64,000 nt of DNA from Anthoceros angustus (lineage: Eukaryota > Plantae > Anthocerotophyta), in contig MU008158.1 of the NCBI GenBank assembly GCA_010909165.1, positions 3,676,809 to 3,740,808 on the forward strand, in the 5' to 3' direction. The position numbers were made by a program, and so were the translations under genes. The notes beneath the pieces were generated by a model that worked only from the letters and a program-made list of their open reading frames with translations, was not told where the DNA came from and did no database searches. Of this stretch, positions 26,620 to 38,199 are shown in pieces. Position 1 is the stretch's first letter. Each line of letters starts with the position of its first letter.

Positions 26620-27291
26620 CCGCGCCGCATGCGCGCGCGGCCAGGCGCGCGCGCAAGTGCGCGCAAGTGCGCGCGCACAAGTGCGCGCACTAGTGCGCGC
26701 GCACAGTGCGCGCGCAGTGCGCGCATGCGCGCACAAGTGCGCGCATGCGCGCATGCGCGCACAAGCGCGCGCATGCGCGCGCATGCGCGCGCATGCGGCG
26801 CGCGCATGCGCGCGCGCACTAGTGCGCGCATGCGCGCGCGCATGCGCACAAGTGCGCGCCTCCTCATGCGCGCGCACAAGTGCGCGCGCCTCCTCATGCG
26901 CGCGCACAAGTGCGCGCACTAGTGCGCGCAAGTGCGCGCATGCGCGCGCATGCGGCGCGCGCATGCGGCGCGCGCACAGTGCGCGCATGCGCGCGCATGC
27001 GGCGCGCGCGCATGCGGCGCGCGCGCATGCGGCGGACTTGCGGCGGGCGGGGTCACATGCGCGCACAAGTGCGCGCGCAAGTGCGCGCACATGCGCGCAC
27101 TGTGCGCGCATGCGCGCGCACATGCGCGCGCACAGTGCGCGCGCACAAGTGCGCGCATGCGCGCAGTGCGCGCATGCGCGCGCGGCGCGCGCGGCGCACA
27201 AGTGCGCGCGCGCATGCGCGCGCATGCGGCGCGCGCAAGTGCGCGCATGCGCGCGCGGGTTCTCATGGTACCCGGCGCGCGCATGCGCGCC
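26620..27291. repeat. CpG-saturated alternating purine/pyrimidine array (GCGCAT / GCACAAGT / GCACTAGT units)
   Basis: ~670 bp composed almost entirely of GCGC with ATGC, ACAAGT and ACTAGT spacers. Confidence 0.95.
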
Positions 27292-27463
27292 GATGCATCT
27301 CCCAAAGACTGCGGTGATGGTGCAATCACGAAAAAAAGTGGGTGGTCGATTCTCTTCGTCTACATACCTTGTCACTTGTCATGGCGGCGTCAAGTCCACT
27401 TCGCAGTCTTGGGTATTGCATCGCCTTGGAATCGTTGTCCGCACTCAATACCGGCGGTGATGC

Positions 27464-28150
27464 TTAGAATTCCTCAAAAGAACTTCTCCTCATTGTGCAT
27501 ATCAAGAGTTTGATTCTGCATTGCGAGCGGACTTCATACTTCCAAGCCCATAGAATGTACCCAACCACAATCTTCTGTGTCCTCAACGCATCCATATACC
27601 CGTTCACCCAGAGCGCTGGGATGGGATCAAAATTCTCCTGTGTAGAGTCAGTTCCTTCTTCATGTATGCACCATTCCTTGTCCAGTAGCCCCTGTTCTGA
27701 TAGATCTGTGCAAATCTCAGTCAACACATTTTTCTCAGCCGTAGAGAAAGGATTCTCCAATGTGGTCCTGCACAATCCGATATCATCGAAAAATTTTGAT
27801 GCCACATCATCCGGCTGATGCTCCTTGCTTGGCTTGGGCCTCTGTGATGTCCCTTGTGAAGGCCCACTCTTCCTATCGATGCTCCTTGTGGGAGGAGAGT
27901 CGACTTTACGCAGTGATGGTCGGATGTTGGTGGGTCATGACCACCACCCACACCTCCTCCTGCTGCACTCTTCCGTTTCCCGGAAGCTCGTCCTTCGACA
28001 TTGGCTTCTGTCCTTTTGCGTTTTGGAGGTTTGGGTGAGGTTGAGGCTCTACAAAGTTGGCTGTTTTGCACGCACTTGCGTGGGATGGACATGTCTGACA
28101 ACCGCAGATGCACACGTCAAGCATTAGAGGAAAACGGAGGCAACCCAAAC
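27464..28150 (-). CDS. Third, unknown transposon-internal ORF (fragmented)
   Basis: Protein-like minus-strand pieces: basic NLS-like PKPPKRKRTE..GKRKS, then MASKFFDDIGLCRTT...GYILWAWKYEVRSQCRIK. No family recognised. Confidence 0.4.
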
Positions 28151-28569
28151 CATGCGGAAAGAATGGAATGTTGAAGTTGTCTTCATTTCATGAAACAAGC
28201 CAAATTATAGATCCAAACCCGCTATTTCGGCTCCCTTTGAAGGCTCTTCTTCACAAGCCTCTTCTTCACAGGCTCCTTTCACCACAAGCACAAACTCGGC
28301 ACAACCAAGCAAGGCCGCATGCCACAAGCAAACACTGGTGCCTTCCACCCAAGCACCAAGGCTGCCATGACCCAAACACCATGGTGCCTTTCACACCAAG
28401 CACCAAGGGTGCATAACATAAGCCAACGAGTGGCCGCACCAACCTGCACGCGGCGGACACAGGCCTTTTGTCACCCACACGATTTTGGGCGAACACACAC
28501 AGTGGCGAAGACTTCACGGTTTCTTGTTCAGCACTCGCGGTTGCCTTGCGTCCGACACGCCTCCAAGCG

Positions 28570-29250
28570 CACAGTGAGGTTGCCAACCAGCAACGAGAGG
28601 TCTCTGGCCTATGTCACTTGGGCGCCCTCAACCGCCGATTCAAAGTACAGCGTGCCTGTTCAAAACGCGGAGCCCTTGTGCCGGATACCGCCTCCAATCA
28701 AGGATGCATGTCGCCCACTAGCAACGCGCGGATTCCTTGTCACGGAGAGACCCTCAAGTCGCAGATGCACATGGGAGATGCACGCCTGCAAGAGCACCTG
28801 GAAGTCGCCCACCAGAAACGCGCGCGCTCTTCCCTATCTCACATGTGCGCATCCAGCCACGATTCTCAGTGCAAAACCGCGGATGCCTTGTGTCACGCGC
28901 AATCGCTCAAGCAAGGCGGACACCAGCGCTGCGGTCTTCCCTATGTCGCTGCGCTCAACCAGCCACCGATTCAAAGCACACAACTCATGCCCAACACGCG
29001 ATTCCTTGTCGAGAGACCCTCAAGTCGCGGATGCACATGGGAGATGCACGCCCAAGAGCACCGAAGTCGCCACCAGAACGCGCGCTCTTGCTTGTCTCAC
29101 ATGCGCATCCACCACGATTCGATGAACCGCGGATGCCTTGTATGCAGCGCGCAATCGCTCAAGCAAGTCGGACACCAGCAACGCTCGCGCTCACCGCAGA
29201 TGCAAGTCGCACACCAGCAACGCGCGCGCTCTTGCCTATGTCACTTAGGC
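28570..29250. repeat. Degenerate internal repeat region of the transposon
   Basis: Recurrent (c/a)caccagcaacgcgcgcgctcttgcctatgtcac units. GATTCCTTGTC..GAGAGACCCTCAAGTCGC.GATGCACATGGGAGATGCACGCC occurs at ~28730 and ~29000. Confidence 0.7.
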
Positions 29251-30015
29251 GCAAGGGAATCTCAAACTTGCCTAACCGTGGGTTAACTAACTGCGGGTTG
29301 AAGGTTAGGTTAGGGTTTCCGTTATAGCCCTTATTTCAAGCCGAACGTTTGGTAATTAACATTGGCGGCTACTATAACGGGTTAAACCTGCCACCATAAT
29401 CATGTATGCATATTTTAACGTTCAAACACAGATGGACAAACTCCATAGTGCGCAGCACTTCTTCGTCTCATAGTTGCGGACCAGCTGCTCCGAAGTTTGA
29501 AGGAGCGGTGAAATGCAGAGCGCTTCTCCATCCTACTCGTGCGGTCGGAAGTCGGGCGGGCGAATGGAAGGCCATAAGCGGCGTGGCACAGGTCTCGAAA
29601 ATGTTTCACGATTGATGTTTTGGTGGTACGCCGCCCGTGTGCGTCTCGGAAGATTGAGAAGGTGACAATCATGGACACCACTCCAGAGCATGGAAGGCAT
29701 CAGAAGGTCTCTGTCATCGATACAACTCCAGTTGAAGAAGGGAGAGGAGGTAGGCCAAGCATTCTGGATACCACGCCAAATCCAGACATTAGGAACGAGG
29801 TTGAAGATGGAATGCGACAGCGGAAATTGTTTCTTCATCGCTCCATGGAGGAGGTCGGGAATGATGGGACTAAATTTTGCAGGAAGGAGGATGCGGGCAC
29901 AGAACACCACGGCAGTGGCATCCAGGCCGAGCCTTTCACAGAAACGTCGAGTCCACATTGTCCGGTGAAGCGTAGACATTATCCAAGCCGGAGATTGAAG
30001 AGGACCATGAAGTCG

Positions 30016-31160
30016 GCGTTGAAGAAATACACAACGCATGGTCTTCGCATTGTCAGAAGCAGTTGTTTCTGCAATTGGGAAAGAAGAATATAGAGAGCCT
30101 CGGATATCGCTTCGGGATTGCCTCGAAACGGGGAAATATATTTGCAAGGATTGCTCGAGGTAGAACAAGCAACCTATCGGTCGCAATGTTCTCAATTTTC
30201 TCACAGGAGACAGTTGCAATGTTGTGTCGAAGTTTCGGAAAAGTGTTACGCATTGGATGGCGGAGGTATGAACATTTGAAGCAGAGTACTAACGAACACA
30301 CCATGGTCATCGAATTGAAGTTCCAAGGACGCCCAATCAAGATCATGTTCGGAATGCATTGCTTGGATGGAAAAGTTTTTCAAGCTAATGAGCATGCCCA
30401 ATGTTTCGCTTTTAACTTGCGATTCATATACCAAAGGAGAGATATTCCGGGACTACAAAGCGGGAGGTTTCAAGAGTCGGGTTGACCAACGTCTCTCATT
30501 CTCACTGTGCCTTATGGAAGAAACATTTTCCAAAAGTGAAGATACCAAAGTGTAGTCGTTTTCAAAATCGTCCAATGCGAAGCGTTGAAGAAATACACAA
30601 CGCATGGTCTTCGCATTGTCAGAAGCAGTTGTTTCTGCAATTGGGAAAGAAGAATATAGAGAGCCTCGATATCGCTTCGGATTGCCTCGAGAAGCAGGAA
30701 ATATATTTGCAAGGATTGCTCGAGGTAGAACAAGCAACCTATCGGTCGCAATGTTCTCAATTTTCTCCGGGAGACAGTTGCAATGTTGTGTACGAAGTTT
30801 CGAAAAGTGTTCGCATTGGATGGCGGAGGTATGAACATTTGAAACAGAGTACTAACGAACACACCATGGTCATGAATTGAAGTTCCAAGGACGCCCAATC
30901 AAGATCATGTTCGGAATGCATTGCTTGGATGGAAAAGTTTTTCAAGCTAACAATTTAACGCATGCCCAATGTTTCGCTTTTAACTTGCGATTCATATACC
31001 AAAGGAGAGATATTCCAGGACTACAAACGGGAGGTTTCAAGAGCTGGGTTGACCAACGTCTCTCATTCTCACTTCTGTGCCTTATGGAAGAAACATTTTC
31101 CAAAAGTGAAGATACCAAAGTGTAGTCGTTTTCAAAATGCGTCCAATGCGAAACGTTGAA
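30016..31160 (+). repeat. Tandem duplication, unit ~566 bp
   Basis: GCGTTGAAGAAATACACAACGCATGG occurs at ~30016 and ~30582. The copies differ mostly by indels. Confidence 0.9.
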
Positions 31161-31288
31161 GACAGCCATCGAGATGACCAGCAACCGACAAGAACAAGGT
31201 ATTTCATATCCAGAGTTTCCTTTTTGACTTCCATGGAATCATGAGCACTCCAACTGCCTCTTGTCTCGTGCTTGTTCTCGCCCACTGG

Positions 31289-31589
31289 GTGCGCGCATGC
31301 GCGCACAGCGCGCAGTGCGCGCTGGCTCGCGCATTCACAAACAGGAGGTAGCAACGGAGCGGATGGAAATGGGTGCGCGCGCGCGCGCGCACGCGCGCAG
31401 TGCGCGCATTTGTGCGCGCGCACTTGTGCGCGCGCACTTGTGCGCGCACTTGTGCGCGCACTAGTGCGCGCGCACTTGCGCGCGCGCGCGCGCGCGCGCA
31501 CTTGCGCGCGCACGCGCGCGCGCGCACTTGTGCGCGCGCGCGCGCACTTGTGCGCGCACTAGTGCGCGCGCGCACTTGTGCGCGCACGC
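31289..31589. repeat. Second CpG-saturated array (GCACTTGT/GCACTAGT units) inside the transposase intron
   Basis: GCGC runs with GCACTTGT spacers, which is the reverse complement of the ACAAGTGC spacer of array 1. Confidence 0.92.
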
Positions 31590-32559
31590 CGGTCGGGTCC
31601 ATGCAGCCGTGCGCAGACCAAGGACAACGTTCTGACCATGTGATCCATTTGTACTGTGACAGAGGTCCATGAGCAGCATCTTCGTCAACATCGGTCGGCG
31701 ATCCAGCAGGAGCGACTAAAACTTGCAAAACATCGTTTGAAGTGTAAAGGCCAGCCGAGCAAATACATTGGTATGGCGATAGACGGGATGGACCAAAGCA
31801 AGACGGAGCTCCCACATTTTCCTGCCCCTCCAAAGGATTTTGCAGATGGTCTCATCCGGGTCCATGTTGTGGGTTTTGTGGTATACAACAACATTATGAA
31901 GACCAGGGTGTATGTGAACTTCCCGAATATTCGGAACGACGCCAACTTAACTATTCATATCATCCAGGATGTTATTCTCACATATGAGATGGTTACGCGA
32001 AGGCGTTTTACTTGCAACGGACAACACGGCGGAGAAAACAAGAATATGTTGTTGTTTGCATACTTGAGTATGCTTGTCGAAGCGGGTCTTGATAAGGTGA
32101 AGGTGGGCTTCCTTCTTGTCGGGCACACACATGATGCGATTGACCAAATGTTCTCGTGCTTTTCTAAAAGCCTCGGGCACAAAAAGCAATGTCACTCGAA
32201 ACCCTTATGAGTTTGATTCATCAGCTTATACACCCAATCCAAGTGAAAATGGTTTAGGTGGCCGATTTGAGCTTGTCGGCCCAATGGGATGGGTAAAAGA
32301 GGACACGAGATGCGGTAAGGAATTTGCACAATCATAGTTATCGACATCAATTCAAAATTTCAAGGGAAGAAAGAGTGGCGAGCCATATGATTCTTCGTGG
32401 CAAGGCACTTTCTACTTGTTCACATTGGGAACCGTTGGAGGGTTTGGAGTTCCTTGAGAATACACGAAAGCAGATATAAGGGGCGCCTTTATGTCCACTT
32501 CAAGCGCATGGCAAACCGCGGGCCGCGCATAAATCATTGAGCCATTAGGAAAGCCCTCG

Positions 32560-34655
32560 AAGAACCGATGCAAAAATATCTATCTCTGGAAGACAAAGTA
32601 TGGTGGAACTCGTTCTGGGCATCACAATCTGATATTTGCGACAAAATCAGAGGAGGAGTCCATCGAGATCTTCAAAAAGCATGGGAGTGGTACAACAGGG
32701 ACGAGGCTGAGCGGAACTTAAATCCCATCGACGTTCCAGATGTCTTTGTCATTCCGGCTCCAGTTCCGCGAACCCTGCAACCGCGTCACATGTATGTCGG
32801 AAATTTTAGGCCACCGGGAGCCGCAGCCATCGAGTTGGCGAGATTCGATGGGGATGTGTCCGAGATCAGACGAGGCCATATGATTGCAGTCCCATGTGAG
32901 ATGACGATCGAGCAGGCCTTTCGGATTGCAGTGGAAGACTTGGATTTCTTATGTGACGAACCTTACCTAGTTGTCCGGTGGTGGGTGACGAGAATAGCAA
33001 TGCGTTTGAGGAAGGTACCTACCGAGGAGATATTGGCTCCACACAATGTGATAGAGAGGGTTTGCGACAACGGAGGCGACCCAAGCACTGGATCGATCGC
33101 TGATATCGGAGACATTTATTTTGGCATACGGGTTCTCGTTTGCAAGGGATAGCACTCTACAAGTCCATTACGAGCTTATCAAGACAAAGCTTCGAACTTC
33201 AACATCTACCACCGTGGAAGAAGGTAAGGTTGAAGATAACAGATGACCACCAAGTTCGAGAGGAGATGCATTGGAGGAAAATGATGATTTGGACGAAAAT
33301 CCGAAATAAGGGTGGTGTAGTTCGCCAAGCGCTGGTGATGAGACATCCGACTTCGTCAAAGACCAATCGCGACAAGAACCCGCGCAGAGGCAACGGAACC
33401 GGACGGCTATCGGAACTTTTGAAGGCATGTTTGATGATGATCCGGCACAAGGTCACCGTCGAAGGAGACGGAAACACCGTAGAGGATAGAAAGGTGATAG
33501 GGTATTCTTGTACCTTTAGGGCATAGGGTAGATAGATGAGGACTTGTCTATGTGGACGTCCGATTTGTGCAACTTCTTATGTCGTCGGGCTTCCGCCACA
33601 TCCACAGACCTCAAGAACCGATGCAAAAATATCTATCTCGGAAGACAAAGTATGGTGGAACTCTCGGCATCACGATCGATATTTGCGACAAAATCGAGGA
33701 GGAGTCCATCGAGATCTTCAAAAGCATGGGAGTGGTACAACAGGACGAGGCCGAGCGGAACTTAAATCCCATCGACGCTTCCAGATGTCTTTGTCATTCG
33801 GCCCAGCTCGAACCCCGCAACCGCCACATGTATGTCGGAATTTTAGGCCACCGGAGCAGCCCATCGAGTTGGCGAGATTCGATGGGGATGTGTCCGAGAT
33901 CAGACGAGGCCATATGATTGCAGTCCCATGTGAGACAGACGATCAGAACCGGCCTTTCTGGATTGCAGAAGTGGAAGACTTGGATTTCTTATGTGACGAA
34001 CCTTACCTAGTTGTCCAGTGGTGGGTGACAGAGAATAGCAATGCGTTTGAGGGAAGGTACCTACCAGAGGAGATATTGGCTCCACACAACAGTGATAGAC
34101 AGGGGTTGCGACAACGGCGGAAGCGACCAAAGCATCTGGATCGCTGATATCGGAGACATTTATTTTGGCATACGTTCTCGCTTTGCAAGGGATAGCACTC
34201 TACAAGTCCGCATACGTGAGCTTATCAAGACAAAGCTATTCGAACTTCAACATCTACCACCGTGGAAGAAGGTAAGGGTTGAAGATAACAGATGACCACC
34301 AAGTTCCAGAGGAGATGCATTGAGGAAAATGATGATTTGGACGAAAATCGCAAAAAGTGGTGTAGTTCGCCAAGCGCTGGTGATGAGACATCCGACTTCG
34401 TCAAAGACCAATCGCGACAAGAACCCGCGAGGCAACGGAACCGGACGGCTATCGGCTTTTGAAGGCATGTTTGATGATGATCCGGCACAAGGTCACCGTC
34501 AAGGAGACTAAACACCGTAGAGGATAGAAAGGTGATAGGGTATTCTTTGTACCTTTAGGGCATAGGGTAGATAGATGAGACTTGTCTATGTGGACGTCCG
34601 CGATTTGTGCAACTTATGTCGTCGGGCTTCCGCCACATCCACAGACCTCCAAGAA
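32560..34655 (+). repeat. Tandem duplication, unit ~1050 bp, covering the transposase 3' end
   Basis: AAGAACCGATGCAAAAATATCTATCTC occurs at ~32560 and ~33613. Both copies run to CCACATCCACAGACCTC. Confidence 0.9.
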
Positions 34656-35043
34656 GACATATTTCCTCAGTCGAATGATGTATTTCGCACTCGTTTTGCC
34701 TTGTGCGCGCACAAGTTTGCGCATACCCTTGTTTAGTCGCGCACTTACGCGCGCCTAGCCCTTACTTGGTATACAAAAACATATAGAACCACACAAATTG
34801 AAGAAACTACTGACATGCCGAAATTATGGAAGAATTCGGTCACAGCCCCTTCATCACACCGACAAATTATCCATGCACACGAGTGCAAGGCGCCATCGGG
34901 GTGGAAATGGCCGGACAGGAAGTGGTCCCGGAGCCGAGAATGCCCGAATCCGATGGATCAACACCTACAAAACTTAACAAAAACCAGCCCAACTTCGGTT
35001 TTTTGCGGAATAGGGTTGGGATTTTTTCCAAAACCCCTTTTGA

Positions 35044-35067
35044 CAGGAGAAACCCCTTTCAGAACAG
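35044..35067 (-). repeat. Right terminal inverted repeat
   Basis: CAGGAGAAACCCCTTTCAGAACAG followed by ACGT. Confidence 0.9.
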
Positions 35068-37387
35068 ACGTGGATAATCCAGTAAGTGAGTATGTGAGAA
35101 TGCAAGCCATGGTTCAGAATTGTTTTACTGTAATTGATTAGCAATGATAAGAGATTGTTATTGATGCAATCTCTCTATCATTGCTATTCGCAATAATAAA
35201 GAAATTGTTGTTAGTGTCGTTATTGTTATCAATTTATTACTCATTTTCATTATGAAATGAATTGAGAAAAAAGTGTGACTGCCTAGCAGTCTTACACGAG
35301 AGAGCCCTACGAACTCACATAGAGAAGAAGGCTTTAAAAAAGAAGTAAATAACCCTTTGAAAAGAAGTCATTTTACAAGTCAAACAATTCTGCTTTGACA
35401 TCAAACTTATAATTCTGACTCTCTTTTGGACTTTTTATTAGATTCAAGGATTTTGTGAAAAACTTTATTGAACATCTTGCATAGCTTTTTTCGTCTATTG
35501 TACATTGCAGTTTGGAAAGAAAGTAATCCATTTTCTTCACATAAATATTCAAGAATTGATCCACCCGATCACGAGGGATGATACCCTTCAAAGTCAACAG
35601 TGTCACTCTCGATTTTATTAGCTCCTTCAAATCATCTATTCTTTTGTGTTTTTTTTTTATTGAAAATCGGTGTTGGATCTTTTTTTAATCGACCCTGTAG
35701 TACTGTCATCCAAAATTCTTTAAAAAAAATTTCTCCAAGGGAATGAAGCTTGAATACATCTACTGCCCATTTACACATATTTATATGCAATGTTGCACTT
35801 GCATATGTTATATCCAAATGAGCTTCGATAACCTTGAATACGTGACTCCAATTAGCATGTTGAAGTTCACATGTTTCTAATCCTTCAAAGGTTTATCATT
35901 AAATAATTCCACATCATTCCCATTGTTGACTGCAAATTTTCTTCATATTTTTCTCCAACCATTTTTTTCCAATATAATAGTAAAGGCCCCACTTTAACAA
36001 TCCTCTATAAGATCTCTGTTGTCTGGTCACAACAGACCCCTCCAGACCCCCTAACTTTAGGCCTCCTGTTGTAAAGCCATTTGAGGCACCCTAGCTAATA
36101 TATCTCCATTGGTATCAGGTCCTTCAAGCCCCCCTCTGTTAATAGATAGCATAGACTCTAACAAGAATTTACCTTCTCAACCAAATAGAGGAATAATAGG
36201 TGGACACAATATCTACTTGTCTAGAGAAAGAGCAGTTCAAGTCACATATGTAGCCCATAGTCAGTCAAGATTCGAAAACTAGAATATAGACTTGAGAACT
36301 AGAGTACATATTAAATTGATTGTAAAGTACTATAAATAAATAAATCCTTAGTTTAACTAAAATAATAATTTTTAAATTATGTTAATTTAGTACCAACACC
36401 TCTTGCGAGGGAAAGAAGACTTTATTATAAAAAAGAGATTTTTAAATTATGTCAATTCAGCACCAACACCTCTTGCCACTCTACTAGTTTGAGTAAAACA
36501 TTAACAATAGCTGAGGTTGTGGGGTTCGTCTATACCCAATATTATCTTTTGATTGTCCTCACTCTACTCGTTTGAGCAGAATATTAACAGTAGCTGAGCT
36601 TGTGGTGTTCATCAAGGAAGGCCTTTTATTATGGGGAAAAAATGATGGGAAAAGCCTATCCAGCAGGGGATAACCAAGGAGGACCTTGAGGGTCACATGA
36701 AGAATAAACGGCCTGCAAACCACGGAGGAAGAGGAAGAAGCATCACCTGCAGTCGCCGCCTTGTGAAGAATTGCAGTCGAGATGGCCCTTTGAAGGAAAA
36801 TTGAGACTCGTGGTCCAAATTAGGCTTGGTCCATATGTTGCGCAGATTCCGCCCGAGCCCTGGAAGCAGGCGAAGCCTCTTCCTGAAGAGATGCCCAATC
36901 GCCAGCCCAAAAGCGACGGAGATGTCATACGAGGTAAGCACTTGCATTCATATGAGCACTTCGATTAACAGACAACCTACCAAACAAATCTAATATGCAA
37001 ATATAGGTGCAAACCAATAACAATAGGAGAGAGTAGCTCGCACGTCGTGGCACAAACACACTCTCCCCACGAGAACAATACGCAAATTCCTCACACATCG
37101 CTCTCGGAGTCATAGCTTTGGCCTCCTGACAATACTCTTATATTGCATATCTAGAGGACGAGCTATAATATGAGCTTGTCCTCTGTGAAAGGGTCTATAT
37201 ATACTAAGATATATCGGTATCGTCGTATTCCTAAGATATCCTATTGGCATCAGCATATGCCAAAAATATCTTAAGAATACCCTATAATATGCAAGGAATA
37301 TCCTAAAGCATATTACTTGTGCTTATCCACGTAGCTATTGCTAATCATGTTTAATTAACACTAATCAATGCTTAATTAACATAAGTA

Positions 37388-37765
37388 CTCCTCTTGAGGT
37401 GAAGGTGGCGATGGCATTGTATCGGCTAGCCTCGATCAGGAGGTAAGTTGCAAACTATTGGTGACTTTTTCAGCTAGCAACATCTACACCGAGTACGTGT
37501 GTGCATGCTTTCTGCAATGCCCTTATGGAAATAGTCCACAAGTTGTATACTTTGTTGGCTAGGAAAGGAAAAGATGCATGATTATGTACATGAATTTGAG
37601 GCAATTCAAGATATTTTATATATTGTAGGTGCAGTGGATGGCTCATACATTCCTACACTTGTTCCAACGAATGCGAAGGCGGATTATTATAATAGGAATG
37701 GTTTTTACTCTGAACTCTTACAGCTAATGGTCACGGCAAAGTGTTTAGTGTGGGACATGACTTTG
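37388..37765 (+). mobile_element. PIF/Harbinger (HARBI1-like, DDE_Tnp_4) transposase remnant
   Basis: PLEVKVAMALYRLAS and FEAIQDILYIVGAVDGSYIP..DYYNRNGFYS.LLQLMV..KCLVWD. Truncated. Confidence 0.8.
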
Positions 37766-37892
37766 GAGTCTTCATATCTTGAGACATTTGCTGTATTATA
37801 TCAATGGCTAGAGTGATTTGTGGATCATTACCTAGGCTAGCAACCTTCTTCTGGTTTTAACTCTGAACTCTTACAGCTAATGACAACTTGTC

Positions 37893-38070
37893 AGGTGTGT
37901 CAACATTGGAGTATGGAGTCCTCATGATGGGATGGCTGTGGAATCAACAACGTGTCCCGAGCCACAACAGGCGTCGCTTCTCCGGTGTGTCAACATTGGA
38001 GTATGGAGTCTTCAGGCTGGGATGGTTGTGGAATCAACAACGTGTCCTGAGCCACAACAGGCGTCGCTCC
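37893..38070 (+). repeat. 90-bp tandem duplication
   Basis: GGTGTGTCAACATTGGAGTATGGAGTC...CCACAACAGGCGTCGCT occurs twice, 90 bp apart. Confidence 0.9.
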
Positions 38071-38199
38071 CATTGCCGTGTAGGGAGCCCATGTAGCATC
38101 GATGACCAGCCAAGCAGACTGTGATCAGGCGCTAATGTGCTGAATCAGATGAGGAAATGCCCTTGATACATGTGCATCTCATGAATGCATCCGTGTGTA

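Larger units (their letters stand above)
29671..34511 (+). pseudogene. DDE/D-type transposase (DUF7869-like, Sola-like motifs), frameshifted, with intron 31199-31662 and two internal duplications
   Basis: FCALWKKHFPKVKIPKCSRFSKC..C, H..AIQQER, MAIDGMDQSKTELPHF, DANLTI, GENKN and GFLLVGHTHDAIDQMFS. C-terminal GHMIAV..PFWIAEV..VQWW. Confidence 0.8.
23197..35067. mobile_element. ~11.9 kb TIR DNA transposon carrying a transposase and a DNA amino-methyltransferase gene
   Basis: Perfect 24-bp TIR CTGTTCTGAAAGGGGTTTCTCCTG at 23197-23220 with its reverse complement at 35044-35067. ACGT flanks both ends (23193-23196 and 35068-35071). A transposase gene lies inside. Confidence 0.88.

Noticed and set aside
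26381-27513. Long Ala/Arg/Cys/His-rich ORFs in all six frames
   Set aside because: Artefact of the stop-free GCGC array; not protein-like.
35373-35817. Two short AT-rich minus-strand ORFs next to the right TIR
   Set aside because: Outside the TIR with no recognisable family, so they cannot be tied to the element.
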